From: Vitrella brassicaformis CCMP3155
Lineage: Eukaryota; Protista; Chromerida
Length of the DNA stretch: 64,000 nucleotides
NCBI GenBank assembly: GCA_001179505.1
Contig: CDMY01000243.1
Span: forward strand, 248,001-312,000
Direction of reading: 5' to 3'
In this document: positions 49,795-61,200 of the stretch, in pieces
Position numbering within the stretch: position 1 is the stretch's first letter
Layout of the letters: the number at the start of each line of letters is the position of its first letter
The notes under the pieces: generated by a model
What the model saw: the letters and a program-made list of their open reading frames with translations, nothing else
What the model was told of the DNA's origin: nothing
The model's database searches: none
Made by a program: the position numbers and the translations under genes

Positions 49795-51569
49795 ATGAGC
49801 GTGTCTGAGGCTCAGGAGTGCCTGCAGAACATCAGCAGGCTCAGTCGAAGGGAGCAGGAACTCCGCAAGTGAGAAAACATGGACCAAACACCATGACTGG
49901 ATGAATGGATGAATGGACGAGTCCGTGCATTGTGTTGGTTTTGTTGGTGTGGTTGTGCAGGGATCTGTGTGCGCTGGCTGAGAAGAACAAGGCCAAGAAG
50001 GAGCGGATTGACGAGGAGCAGCGGCGGTTCACCGGCAAGCAAGCAACAAGCAACCAACGTGTTATCTGGTTCACTGCCGTGCATCCCTTCCAATGGCTTT
50101 GTGTGCCATGTTTGTTCGGCAGAGGTGGTCTGCCGTCGCCTGCAGAACACTGAGGTGCGTCTGCTTGTCTGCCACCGACACACACAGCCGGCTTGACAAC
50201 CTCATTTGTGTGTTTGTGTGATTCAGGATGAGTGTGCGAGTTTGACGGCTCAGTTGAAGACCGAGGGCCACCGATGCAGCGAGCTGGAGAAGACCATCAA
50301 GCACCAGACGGTCCGCAAGGAGCAGACGGCGAGTGAGGCCAAGAAGGCGGCGGGCGACGCCGTCAGACAGAGGCTTCGCATGGCACTCAAGATGGAGAAC
50401 TTCATCCGCTCGCTCTGGACGGCCATGAAACACTGGGACGCCGGCATGTGTCCGCTCCCGGGAGCCTCACCCATCAAACAGTACCTCAACAAATGTGCCG
50501 GTCAGTCAGTGGGGACGGACACATACATGCACACACCGACGAAACACCACACCCCCGCACACCTCCTGCCTCCCCTGCAGAGAGCGAGTCGTCCAACAAG
50601 GCCATGCAGGAGAGGCAGGCCAAGGCGGTGAGCGCGTGTCCTGGCTGGGCTGGGCTGGGCTAGGCTGTGTGGATGTGTGTGTGTCCTTCAGGCTGCATTG
50701 TCGGGCGAGCTCAAGGTGCAGCAGGACAAACTGCAGCGCCTCAAATTCAAGGAGAAGGAGGTCAGTCACACCAACACAACACAACATAACATAACACAAC
50801 ACACGCCACGTGTGCAGCCCGCCATGAATGCATTTGCCTGTGACTGACTGCGGTGCGTGTGGATTTCCTTCGTTCAGCTGGGTCGTTTGTTGTCGGGCAA
50901 GTTGGCGGCGCTGTCGAGCGATTTGGATAAGGATAAGGAGAACGAGACCGAGCCCAGCAAAGACAAAGTAACCAACACACATGTGTGTGCACAGACACGT
51001 GGTTGCACGTCTCTTTATGCGCGTGCGTCAGGTTGTTGTCGACCCCGCCATTGCTGACATGAAGAAGTAAGTACCCTAGCAAATGCGCAATGTGCCCACC
51101 CTTGGCGTGTGTCCTGGCTTGCAGGAAGCTCCGTGACGTGCAGTCGGCTTTCGAGGCCGACCTGGCCGCCAAGCAGGCCGTCCTGCAGCAGCAAGCCAAC
51201 CAGATCAGAAAGATCGGTATGTACAGAACACGGGCCATCGGTATGTATACGTCTGCATTCGTCGTCTACTTGCAGGTATGGACATTGACCACTGCGAAGC
51301 ACTGAAGGCTCAGAAGCACGAGGCCTTCCACAACTGCGTCTGCGCCAAATGCAACGAACCCATCAACCAACGTATATATATAATGACGCCACTGTCGAGA
51401 CACGAATGGCGTCTCTGATGTGTGGACGTGGGTGTGTCTGTGTGTTGTGTCAGCGGGCCGTTGCTTGTACTGCATGGAGATGGATGGGGGCATCCAGCAA
51501 GACGAGGAGGACGGAGGGCACCAGCAGCAGGAGGAGGGCATGCAGCAAGATGACGCAAAGGCCAACTGA
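49795..51569 (+). CDS. Multi-exon coiled-coil protein with C-terminal CxxC-x9-CxxC motif
   Basis: Heptad-rich exons; spliced end HNCVCAKCNEPINQPGRCLYCMEMD..AKAN-TGA. Confidence 0.7.
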
Positions 51570-51868
51570 CACGCCAGACACGAAACACACACAGGACAGC
51601 ATCACAAGACAGACAGACAGACAGACCGAGCGACGGACCGACCAGTCGATGATCAGACAGAACAGAGCAGAGAGACGGAAACACACACAGGGTGGACGCG
51701 TGTGTGTCGCCGCGGCGTTGGTGCGAATGAGATGACATCGCAATGCGCGTGGATTCATGTATGTACAGACAGACCTTTGAATGTCCCTTCGCACACCCAG
51801 ATCTTTCAGCCTGGCGACCAAGTGGAGGGACACACCACACGGCCGCTCGCCTGGCTGCTGTCCGTCCG

Positions 51869-53180
51869 TCACACTCTCACGCACTCACTGTCTGTCACTA
51901 GCTCTCTGATGGCCTTCAGTGCCTTGTCCAGGTGCTTGGATGAGCTTAACAGATGGTTCCCGCCTTCAACAGTCACCAGTTGCACACCCACTCCACCGTC
52001 ACTATCACTACCAGCAGCCCCCCGATGTTTTAGAAAGGCCGCATGCAGCCCCTCCGCCATCTCCAGAGGGATGGACCGATCTTTCGTGCCTGGCAGCATC
52101 CAATCCACGCACCCACAACACACGACACACCAAACATGCATGAGCGCCATGCCGCATGCATCAGCTCATCCCAACGTACCCACAATCCCATCCATTCACT
52201 CACCGTGTATCAGGAGAATCTTTACGTTTCGGTCGATCCCCTCAACCATCGTCTGAGTGTCAGGGAAGTCGGTGTAGCTCTCCAGGTAGCCCCTGTGCAG
52301 CTCCCACATCACGCGACCACTGCCGCCCTCCCCCTCCCCCTCCCCCTGCTGCTGCTGGTGTTGCTCTCCCCTCCACGGCCAGAACTCTTTCATGCACGTG
52401 TGATGAGGGGGCGTGTCGAAGTCGGCCAGCTGCTCGGGTGTGAAGTCCAATGTGTACCTCGATGGGATGTCGTCCACACAAGCGATGGCCGCCACGCCGC
52501 AGAGCAAGGGCGATGGGGGAGGCACGCCGACGATGCGACTGCTTGCATAAGCAACGGACAGGAACGCACCTGTGTGCATCAACCAATATGAGCGCCGGGT
52601 GCCGAGAAACAAACAAGGAACCTTCCGGTGCACAGCTGTGTGTCCGTTACGTACCTGTGCTGAGTCCCACAAGAAAAAGCCGCTGAACATTCGGGAAGGC
52701 TGCCAGAAGGTGTGTGCTCACGGTGTGCAGGTCACACGCATCGCGCACGAGCGTCTTATCACGAAAGAGCCCATAAGAGCCCGGAACACCTACATGGACA
52801 CACGCCATATACATAACTCAGCTGTGTGTCACGGGCCGCCCTCCCTCAGTGCAAGTGTCTGTGTCTGTGCGTACCTACGGTGCGTGTCCGATACCATTGC
52901 TGTTGAAGGCTGCGAAACCACACCTTTCGATGTGTTCCATCATTTGCGCAGCCAGTTTCCGAGGAAGGCGGGATGAGTAATAGCGATGATCAGGCATCGG
53001 CTGTGGAGGCTGCAGTGGCCGGCCTTCGTCAATGCCGTCCACAGGCACGCAGGAGCTGTCGGGGAAGCCATGGGAGTACAGAAGCAGCGTGCGCACATCT
53101 GTTGCAGCTGCATTCGTGTCGACTCGTGTCAGAAGGCCACCAAAACGACAGATCTCACTGCGGAAGGTGTTTGCCGTCAT
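51869..53180 (-). CDS. Alpha/beta hydrolase
   Basis: YSHGF oxyanion region, spliced nucleophile elbow GLSTG, IHGTKDRSIP (Asp), EGGNHLL (His). Confidence 0.85.
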
Positions 53181-53249
53181 CAGGAGATGCCAATGGATGG
53201 ATGGTCATTCGCCTCGGTTTGTGGGCACGGGAGGGGCTGCTCTTTGCGC

Positions 53250-53260
53250 GCTTAGCTCGC
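53250..53260 (-). promoter_or_regulatory. Candidate promoter motif (plus strand GCTTAGCTCGC)
   Basis: Between the hydrolase and oxidoreductase ATGs. Confidence 0.6.
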
Positions 53261-53433
53261 AGGTGCGCACGCGAAATGAAAAAAGCTGTCACGGCCGCGA
53301 AGAGATAGCCAACGAACGACCGCACCGTGCGTGGAGCCGAGTGGATGAATCAAAAGGTGCTCCGTGATGCCTTCTGACGGAGATCTCCACTTCTGACGTG
53401 CTCCACACCGCTCAGTCCGAGATTCGTCGAGTG

Positions 53434-55317
53434 ATGAGGCGGCAGGGCTACGATGTGGTTGTCTGCGGAGCGGGGCTGGCAGGTGCTTCGACGGCCTATC
53501 ATCTGCAGCAGACTCATCCGCCTGTGCGTGTGGCGATGGTTGACTCCAGGCCGCCCTTATCGCTGACCTCCTCACGCAGCACAGAGTGCTATAGAGACTA
53601 TTGGCCAAGTGAGGCCTCCTCAATAGCTGCAGAAACGACCGACGGATGGATCTGCTGCCATGTGCGTGACTCATTTCAGGTGAGTGCATGGTCAACCTGA
53701 TGGACAGAAGCATTGCCAAGATCCACGCCATCCACAATCAGCTGATGGAGTCAGAGGGGCGGGAGGGCTGTGGCCTCTCGCTCTGCCAGAAGGGCTATTC
53801 CTTCTTCGCTGATACCGACGAAGCCTCGAGCAGGCTCATGGGAAGCGTGGACCACTTCCACAGGATGGGGAGGCCTGTGCGGGAGGTGCGGGCGGACGAC
53901 GCGGTGGGCGACGATGGCTTGTCTGGTCATGGGCTGGACGTGTATGATGGGCCCGAGAGTGTTCGGAAACACTACCCCTGGGCTGGTGAGGGAATGAGGG
54001 GATGCCTGAAGGCTAAGAGGTGCGGGTGGCTGGACGCTCAGCGACTTGGCGGCTTCTTTCTGGAAGAGGCCAAGAGGCGAGGGCTGGAGGTCATCAGAGG
54101 TACGACACAAGCACCGCATGCAACGAAGACCACGTTGGCACGGTGCCTGCACGTGATTGTAGGGGAAGTCGTTGGTGTCGATATCTCTTCGTCGAGGGAG
54201 GGGCAGGTTGTGACGATCAGACGAGGTAGGTACGCGAAGCCACGTGTAGTCGACCGTGAGTGACCCAACGATAGATGCTTGTCGCTTTTGTCGTGCAGAC
54301 AACACTGCATCGCCCACGCAGCTGTCCTGCCCGACGCTCGTCTTGGCAGGGGGCCCATTCCTGCCCTCCCTGCTGTCCCTCATCAACGCCCCGCCCTTCC
54401 CCCTTCCAGCAGCAGCAGCCGCCGCCCTGACGCTGCTTCCCCCGCGCGTGTTCCCTTTCCTCGTCAACGAGGTGCATGCCAAGGTCATTCTGAAGGACAC
54501 GCTTGGCTTGATGCCGCAAGACCATCCCAACGCTGGCATGCAGCTGTACAGTGACTCCCAGGTCAGACGAGCAGTGTGTGTGCCGCGTGACTGTTGGTTG
54601 TTTCGGATGCACCCAGGTATTGGACTGGCCGGCTGTTTTTAGGGAGGACCCGCAAGGGTTTCTGTCTCTGCTTCGGGAGACGGAAGGCGGGATGCCTGTG
54701 GAGATGGAGCTGGTAGACCGTCTGCTTGGCAGGCTTGCTGATGGTGCCCACTTCCGCCCTTACAGGCCCGATCGGCTGCTCATCATATGGGATGTGATGC
54801 ATGACGGTCTGCAGGTAGGTGAGGCCTGCAGATGAGATGAGATGAGATGAGAGCGGCATCCGTCCGATCTGTATCTCAATATTCATTCGTGGGTGTGGTG
54901 TGCTTTGTGCTGGCTGGCGTCAAGGTGACGCACCCGCCTCCCCCCGAGCCCTCTTTGTACACATCCCTCTATCCAGAAGTCGCAGTTCGCGGCATCCAAC
55001 GGCTCATACCCAGGCAAGGCAAGACAAGACAGCCACACCCCAACAACCAGCCGCACCGCACACATCGGGGCCCCGACCTTTGCCTGCCTGCCTGTCTGTC
55101 TGTCTGTCCCTGTGTGTGTGGGTGTGTGGGGGTCTGCAGGCTTTCTGCGTACCTCGGCCAGCTTAAGCAGCTGTGCAGCGTCGATGGAGGCTACTACTGC
55201 AAAGCACCGGACAACCGGCCTGTCATCGGGCCTTTGCCGACACAGCCAAGCGTCATCATTTGTGGGGGTATGTCAGTCAGTCAGGCAGAAAGCAGGTGGT
55301 GGAACGCAGTCATAGAC

Positions 55318-55348
<31 letters not shown>

Positions 55349-55579
55349 ATTGGATGTGGGTGGCGTGCAGGTCTTGGGGGTTTCGGTGTGATGGCATCGC
55401 CGGCCGCAGGGGAGCTGGCCGCCTTGCATGTGATGAAGCGCGTCAGTGGATGGACCGACGATAGTGGTGCCTCCTTCCCTTCGTACACTGAGGCCTTTTT
55501 GCCTTCACGATTCTGTAGTGAGGTCTACCTGAATGAAGTGTGTGGTCCGTCGAATGCAGGCAAGAGGGGACAGATATGA
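53434..55579 (+). CDS. FAD-dependent oxidoreductase, DAO/sarcosine oxidase family
   Basis: DVVVCGAGLAGASTAYHL Rossmann motif, GWLDAQRL, GGYYCKAPDNRPVIGP, SGFGVMASPAAGELAA. Confidence 0.9.
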
Positions 55580-55854
55580 TATATATATATGAGGCCCTGT
55601 GTGGTGTGTACATAGGCAGATGGATAGACCGGACCCATCAGGCAATCTAACTTGCCTGTATGTCTGCCTGGTGTGGATAAACACAGTGTGAGACGATGGA
55701 TGGATGGATGGCTGATCATCGGTCGCGACAGGTGTGGGTCCATCCACGAGCCGCAAGAGGTCAAAACAGAACAAATGCAATGCATGCATTCAGGGACACG
55801 ATCGATCCCCCTCGTCTCGTCTCCTCCTTGCCTGCCTGCCTGCCTGCCTGCCGT

Positions 55855-56624
55855 CTATCGTCCCCCTCCCGCGTCAATGTCCATGCCCCCCTGCCCCTCC
55901 TGCTCGACATCCATCCGCTGCGAACCACCCTCTTCGTCATCATCCACATCCATACCCCAGTCGTCACTTCGCATCCTCCCCAAAGACATCGCACTTGCAC
56001 TCCCCGGATCGCTCCCCAACGGCGCCGCACGCGACACCATTCCCCCGTTGTGCTTGGGAGAAATCGCCATCGGCGCCCGGCTGACCACGGCATGAAATCA
56101 CATGAAAGAACACCGGTGAGAGAGACGGATGGCTGGATGTGCCTGCCTCCTTCGCTCCCTCCTTTTGATATATCCACCTACCTGTGGGGAGACGTGGGCC
56201 ATGAGAAAGGGTGGTGTGCCAGTGCAGGCAGTGTGCCAGTGAGTGCATGCACTGCCGGCCTCAGCAGCCCTCCCGGTGGCGCAGGCGGACGAAGAGCCGG
56301 TGAAATCACCATCGCGGGCTTACTCTCTCCCTCCTTCGTGCTCCCCACGTGCGCTGCAAGGGGAGGGGCCTCGAAAGCGCCGCTCGACACGCTGATGGGC
56401 GGTGGGCGGAGTCTTGCACGTGATAACGGAGCTCTGCTAGTCCGTGGAGTGTTGCCAACAAAGGCGTTTGGGTTGGGGCGGACTTCGACAAGGCCTGCAC
56501 CGAATCCAATGGGTTGTCCAATGGGGCCTCTGCCACAGGGCGGCTGGCTCTCCGTTCTTCGTCGACGGGCCCTGAACGAACACTCGGGGTCCTCCTGGCG
56601 CTCCCTGTCATCCCTGCCAGCCAT
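55855..56624 (-). CDS. Low-complexity hypothetical protein (probably 2 exons)
   Basis: ORF 56178-56624 plus an acidic exon ..MDVDDDEEGGSQRMDVEQEG; no domain recognised. Confidence 0.45.
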
Positions 56625-56654
56625 TTCGAGAGGAATTGCGAGCTACGAAATGAC

Positions 56655-56665
56655 GCTTAGCTCGC
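56655..56665 (-). promoter_or_regulatory. Candidate promoter motif (plus strand GCTTAGCTCGC); partial inverted copy GCGAGCTA at 56638-56645
   Basis: Between the 56624 ORF and the prohibitin-like ATG. Confidence 0.6.
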
Positions 56666-56888
56666 AAGGTCTGGAGAGATCCCGCTGGAGATGAGGTAGT
56701 TGAGCCTTTTTCAAGCAGCGACGTCAAGATGGGATCCTCAGACGAACACCGCCGGTGACTGACGCGAGGAGAGAACCTGCACACAATCGCATCCTGCGCA
56801 GAGGCGGAGGTCAGCCATGCCGTTTGCCGGCTTCTATGCTGCCGCCCCTTTCGCATGGCGGGTGAGTCACTTGGCCTCGGATTTCGCC

Positions 56889-57764
56889 ATGGCGTGGTTC
56901 AAGGGCTGGTCACAGAAAGACCAGCGGAGGAGCCGCACAGTGCTGCTCAGTGGCGTGGCTGGCCTCGCATTCATCGGCGTCACCATGAAGCGCGTGCCGC
57001 CAGGCCATGTGGGGCTCATTGAAGACTGGAGAGGTGAGGCGAGTGGGTGGGTGGGTGTTGGGGCAGAGGTGCAGTAACACAGCACAGGCAGTCTATTGAT
57101 TTTCTGTTCCTGGTGTTTTCTCCTCCTTGCCTTGTCCCGTCAGGCCAGCTTCTGCCCGGCATGTATGACGACAGTGGGACGCATTGGGTGCTGCCGATCG
57201 TCCAGCACCCGGTGTCGGTGCGCGTCTACCCCGTCAAGAAGAAACTCGTCAAGGAGTTCACAACCAAGGACGGCAAACCCGTTGAAGTGAGCGTGGTCCC
57301 ACACGCACAAAGCTCCCATCATCCAATCAGCACACGTGACGGCATTTCCTATGTGGGACATCCATCAATCAGGTGATGCTTCAGATGAAGATGGCCCCGA
57401 AGATCTACTACGTCCCCGAGATCTACCTGCGGTTCGGTCGGGACTACGGCCGTTCGTTCCTGGAGCAGGAGGGAGCCATCGACGTGAACTCGGTCGTCTC
57501 CCAGCACACCTTTGACGAGCTGGTGGGCGACAACGCCGACACTGAGGACATTGTGGATGAGATCGTCAGCCGCATTGAGGACGCCGCCTTCTTCCACAAA
57601 ATCAAGCTCAGGGACCCGGTAGGTGGGGAGGTGGGAGGGAGGGCCCCTGTCATATATGTTCTGTCTGTGTGGTGATGCCCTCCCTTCTGGGTGCTCTGTG
57701 TTCGGTGCTCGTCCAGAATATTGTCTTTCGCGACCCTAATGCTGATGACGACGAAGGCCCGTAG
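56889..57764 (+). CDS. Divergent prohibitin-like SPFH protein lacking the C-terminal coiled coil
   Basis: N-terminal TM, VPPGHVGLI, GTHWVLPIVQHP, TTKDG..V, VPEIYLRFGRDY..FL, FDELV; last exon NIVFRDPNADDDEGP-TAG. Confidence 0.75.
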
Positions 57765-58145
57765 TGTGTGTGTTTTGTTTCTTGGTGGTTGTTATGTATC
57801 ACGCATGGCGAGGGAGGCAGTGTAATGATGTATGTGACTTGAATGCTGCCGATGAGGCACGTTTGTGTGCAGTGACTTGCTTGAGTGAGGACACCACTTC
57901 GATACGTCAGTCAGACTGAGTGCACGACGACGACATATTTGCGTGTGCAGATGACACAGTCAGTCCCTCACGAGTATCATCGATCGATCGGCATCATCCC
58001 TCCCTTCACCACCAACCCCCCCAAACACAACCCATATGTATGTACATGGTGGGGGCCTAGGCAGACACAGTCAATGTGAGTGATTCATGACGGCTGCATC
58101 CCTCGCTCCACCACTCATGAATCACTCACATTGACTGACCTGCCG

Positions 58146-58228
58146 TCGGCGCTTCGGGCACCTTCGGTGCCCTCCGCATGAGCGTCAAACTCTGGCTAGT
58201 CGATGCTCGGCTCGGCCCTTCGGGCCTC
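58146..58228 (-). repeat. GAA-triloop hairpin element, copy 2
   Basis: Minus strand GAGGCCCGAAGGGCCGAGCCGAGCA, identical to 5007-5031, plus hairpin GGGCACC-GAA-GGTGCCC. Confidence 0.75.
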
Positions 58229-61200
58229 ACTTCTTCTTCCCCTTGCCCTTGGCCCCCTTTTCTTTCTTCTTGGGTGCGTTTGCCGCTGTGACGTAGTCGG
58301 GGACGGACACGTAGAAAAGGTGGGGCACCTCCAACTCAACCTGTGTGCACACACCACACCACACCACACCACACCACACCGCACCACACCACACCACATT
58401 CCCTTGCCCTTGTGTCTTCGGCTAGTTACCGGTATGAGAGCACGTCGACATAGGTCGATGTTGCGCCGGGCCTGTACAGGCCAGCCAGCCAGCCAGCCAG
58501 CCAGACTCCAGAGGTGCCATAGTATGCTCTGTTGGTGTGTGTGAGTGCGTGTGTGGTTAGGTATTTGTTTACTGCGACTGTCCTCGGGTGGTCGTGGCCC
58601 AGCTGATCGGCCAGAAGCATGGTCCCGATGTCCAAATACGCATGCGACTCACGATGCCTGCACAGCACACCACACCAACGTGGACACGACACGACCAGAG
58701 AGAGAGACAGTGCCATCCATGTCATGAATCTTCGTTGCTAAGCTAGGAGCCAACGTTGGCACCTTGGTCACCCACCCACCCACCCACCTTTTCAGGTGCG
58801 CAAAGCAGACCCCCAGGTTGACGTATGTCGAGGCCGTGTCGACGGAATCCATGCCTGCAGCACAGGCAGGACAACGAACGGCGCCCGCAAGGAAAGACGT
58901 GTGCGTGTCTCTCTCTGCATCTGGCTCTCTGGGCAGACAGGACCCGTTGTGCTCTCGCGGATGAGGCGCGCCTGCAAACAATGGGCAGAAGAGATGGCCA
59001 TGCATCAGATATATCAGGCAGTGCAGTGCGTGTTGGCCAGTCAGTCGACTGACCTACCTTCAAGTAGCAGCGTGTGGCGACATCGACCTCGCCAGCAGTG
59101 AGCGAGACATGGCCTAACGAGCTGCAGGGGAGGGCTCGGTCTGGATGGCTGGCAGGGTACCTGCACACCACACCACACATCCATCCATCCATCCCTCCAT
59201 GTCTGTCTGCCTGCTTGCGCACTTGTCCACTTCTCGTGTTGCACACTCCAGAGCACGAACAGCGTCCACAACTGACAAAGAGGACGGCAGGAAACATACA
59301 TCCATCAGACGACACGTACTGCATAGCTTAACGACGGGTTGGTTGCTTACGCATGCCCATGCCGACGAGTATGCTGGCCATCTCCATCATGAAGAAGAAG
59401 AGCTCGTCCCTCCGCAGAAAGGCCAGCTCGAGGTCGTCACCGTCCTCCGTCTTACGCAAGACATCCCGCCACGCATCGGCAGCCGCCTCCTCCTCGGCTG
59501 CTGCACCACCGCCCTTCCCTTCACACCGTGTGGTGACTGCAGCAGCCGCTGGTGCGTCAGTCGATGGCATGTCTGGCGTGTTGGGGCTGGAAGGCATGAA
59601 GGGGGAGGAAAGGAGAGTCCCTGGTGTGGTGGACCGAGGGCCTCCTTCCAAATGACAGACACACAGACACACGAAGAAGGGAAAGAGCCTCGTCCATCGC
59701 GTATGTGGGGGGGGTTGTGTGTTGTGTATGCCGACCCATCCGCCCACCTACCTGCTTCTCCACTTGGCGACAGGAGCTTCTGCGGTGAAGGGGGTGCGCC
59801 GATGAGGCTCTGTATTTTGGCGCGTGTGGGTGTCTGGTCGCTGCCTTCTTCCATGAGAGCGGCGGTGACTCTGTCTCTTCTCGAGTTGACCCAGCGCCGC
59901 CATATGGTGGCCAGGGTGGCCAGAGCCTTGTCGAAGGCAAGATCGAGGCGGTAGGCAGACAGACTCGACATCTGAGAGAGAGAGAGAGAGAGAGCCCATA
60001 GCTAAGGGGCGTGTGTGTCTGTGTGTGGCTACCAGCACAGTGATCTCTTCCAGCTCTGCAGCAGGGGGGATGAAGAAGTCCTCAAGCAGGCAGAGCTGAA
60101 AGCTGCTCTGAGAACGAACGGTGAACAGAGACAGGGACGCAGAGAGGAAGCAGATGACAATGACGGGCCGATCGCTGCACCCTTTACCTACCTGCAGACC
60201 GGGAGCCGCTTTTGCCAGCGCGGCCTGCAAATCATCAAATCAGGAAGGAATGGCGTGTGTTGTGTATTATAGGTGCGGCTGGCTCTTCTGTTCGCGTGGC
60301 CCACCTCATCTCACCTCACCTGCGTTGCCCGCCAGAGGAATCTCGGTGGCTCCTCGTAGGGGGCGACAGAAGGTTTGGCGGCAGGTTGTGGGACGGGCAT
60401 GAATGTGGGCCTATTCCACTGTATCTCACGCTCCTCCTCCTCGGCCTTGCCCTTCCCCTTTCCGGCCTCCTTGCCCTTCCCCTTGGCACCCTTGTCGCCG
60501 CCACCTTTCTTCTTTTTCGGTTTCTTCTTGCCCTCTGCACAGAGAGAGAGAGAGGTATACATACCCACAATACAGGCCTTCTTGGTGGCGCCTGTGTGTA
60601 GTGGTGATGGTTCTGTCTCCGCCCCGCCCAACCTATCTATCCACCCATTCACCTTTGGCAGCTTCCTGCTGCTTCCGATACTCCTCGATCTTATCGACGT
60701 ATGGCACAAGCTTCTTGGGGTCGGGCCGTGTCAGCACCCTGCTCGGCGCGGGCGGCACTGGGGGGAAGCCCACACACATGCTTTCCAGCCTGCTCCTCAT
60801 CTGCAGCCGCTCCCTCTCCTCCTGTGCGGCCACGGCGGCGGGCGGCACCTCCCTCGCTGTGGGCACACGGCTGGAGGGGCGGAAGAGGTCCTCCACCACC
60901 CACCCTGACACCGGCCCAGAGTCAGAAGGGAGATTCAGGAACCTGAGTGGACAGGACAGCAAGCATTCAAGTTACATAAGTCACTTGTATGTCTCTATGC
61001 AGGTGTCTGTCTCTGTGTGTACCTCAGTACCTGTAAAGGACGTCCTCAAGTCGGCTCTTGTGGACGTCGAGGGGGCTCCGCAGCACCGACGGCGGCGCAC
61101 CCACGGCCAGCGCCACCAACGTCTCAACAAACTTGCAGAAGTCCATCTGAGGTTCCGCTGTGTGCAGCATCGACAGGTGGATGGGTGGATGGGTGGATGG

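Noticed and set aside
49795-51569. Possible WTAP/Mum2 identity from VDPAI..MK
   Set aside because: The downstream WTAP signature (W/FTPxSxxGKxLMAKC) is absent.
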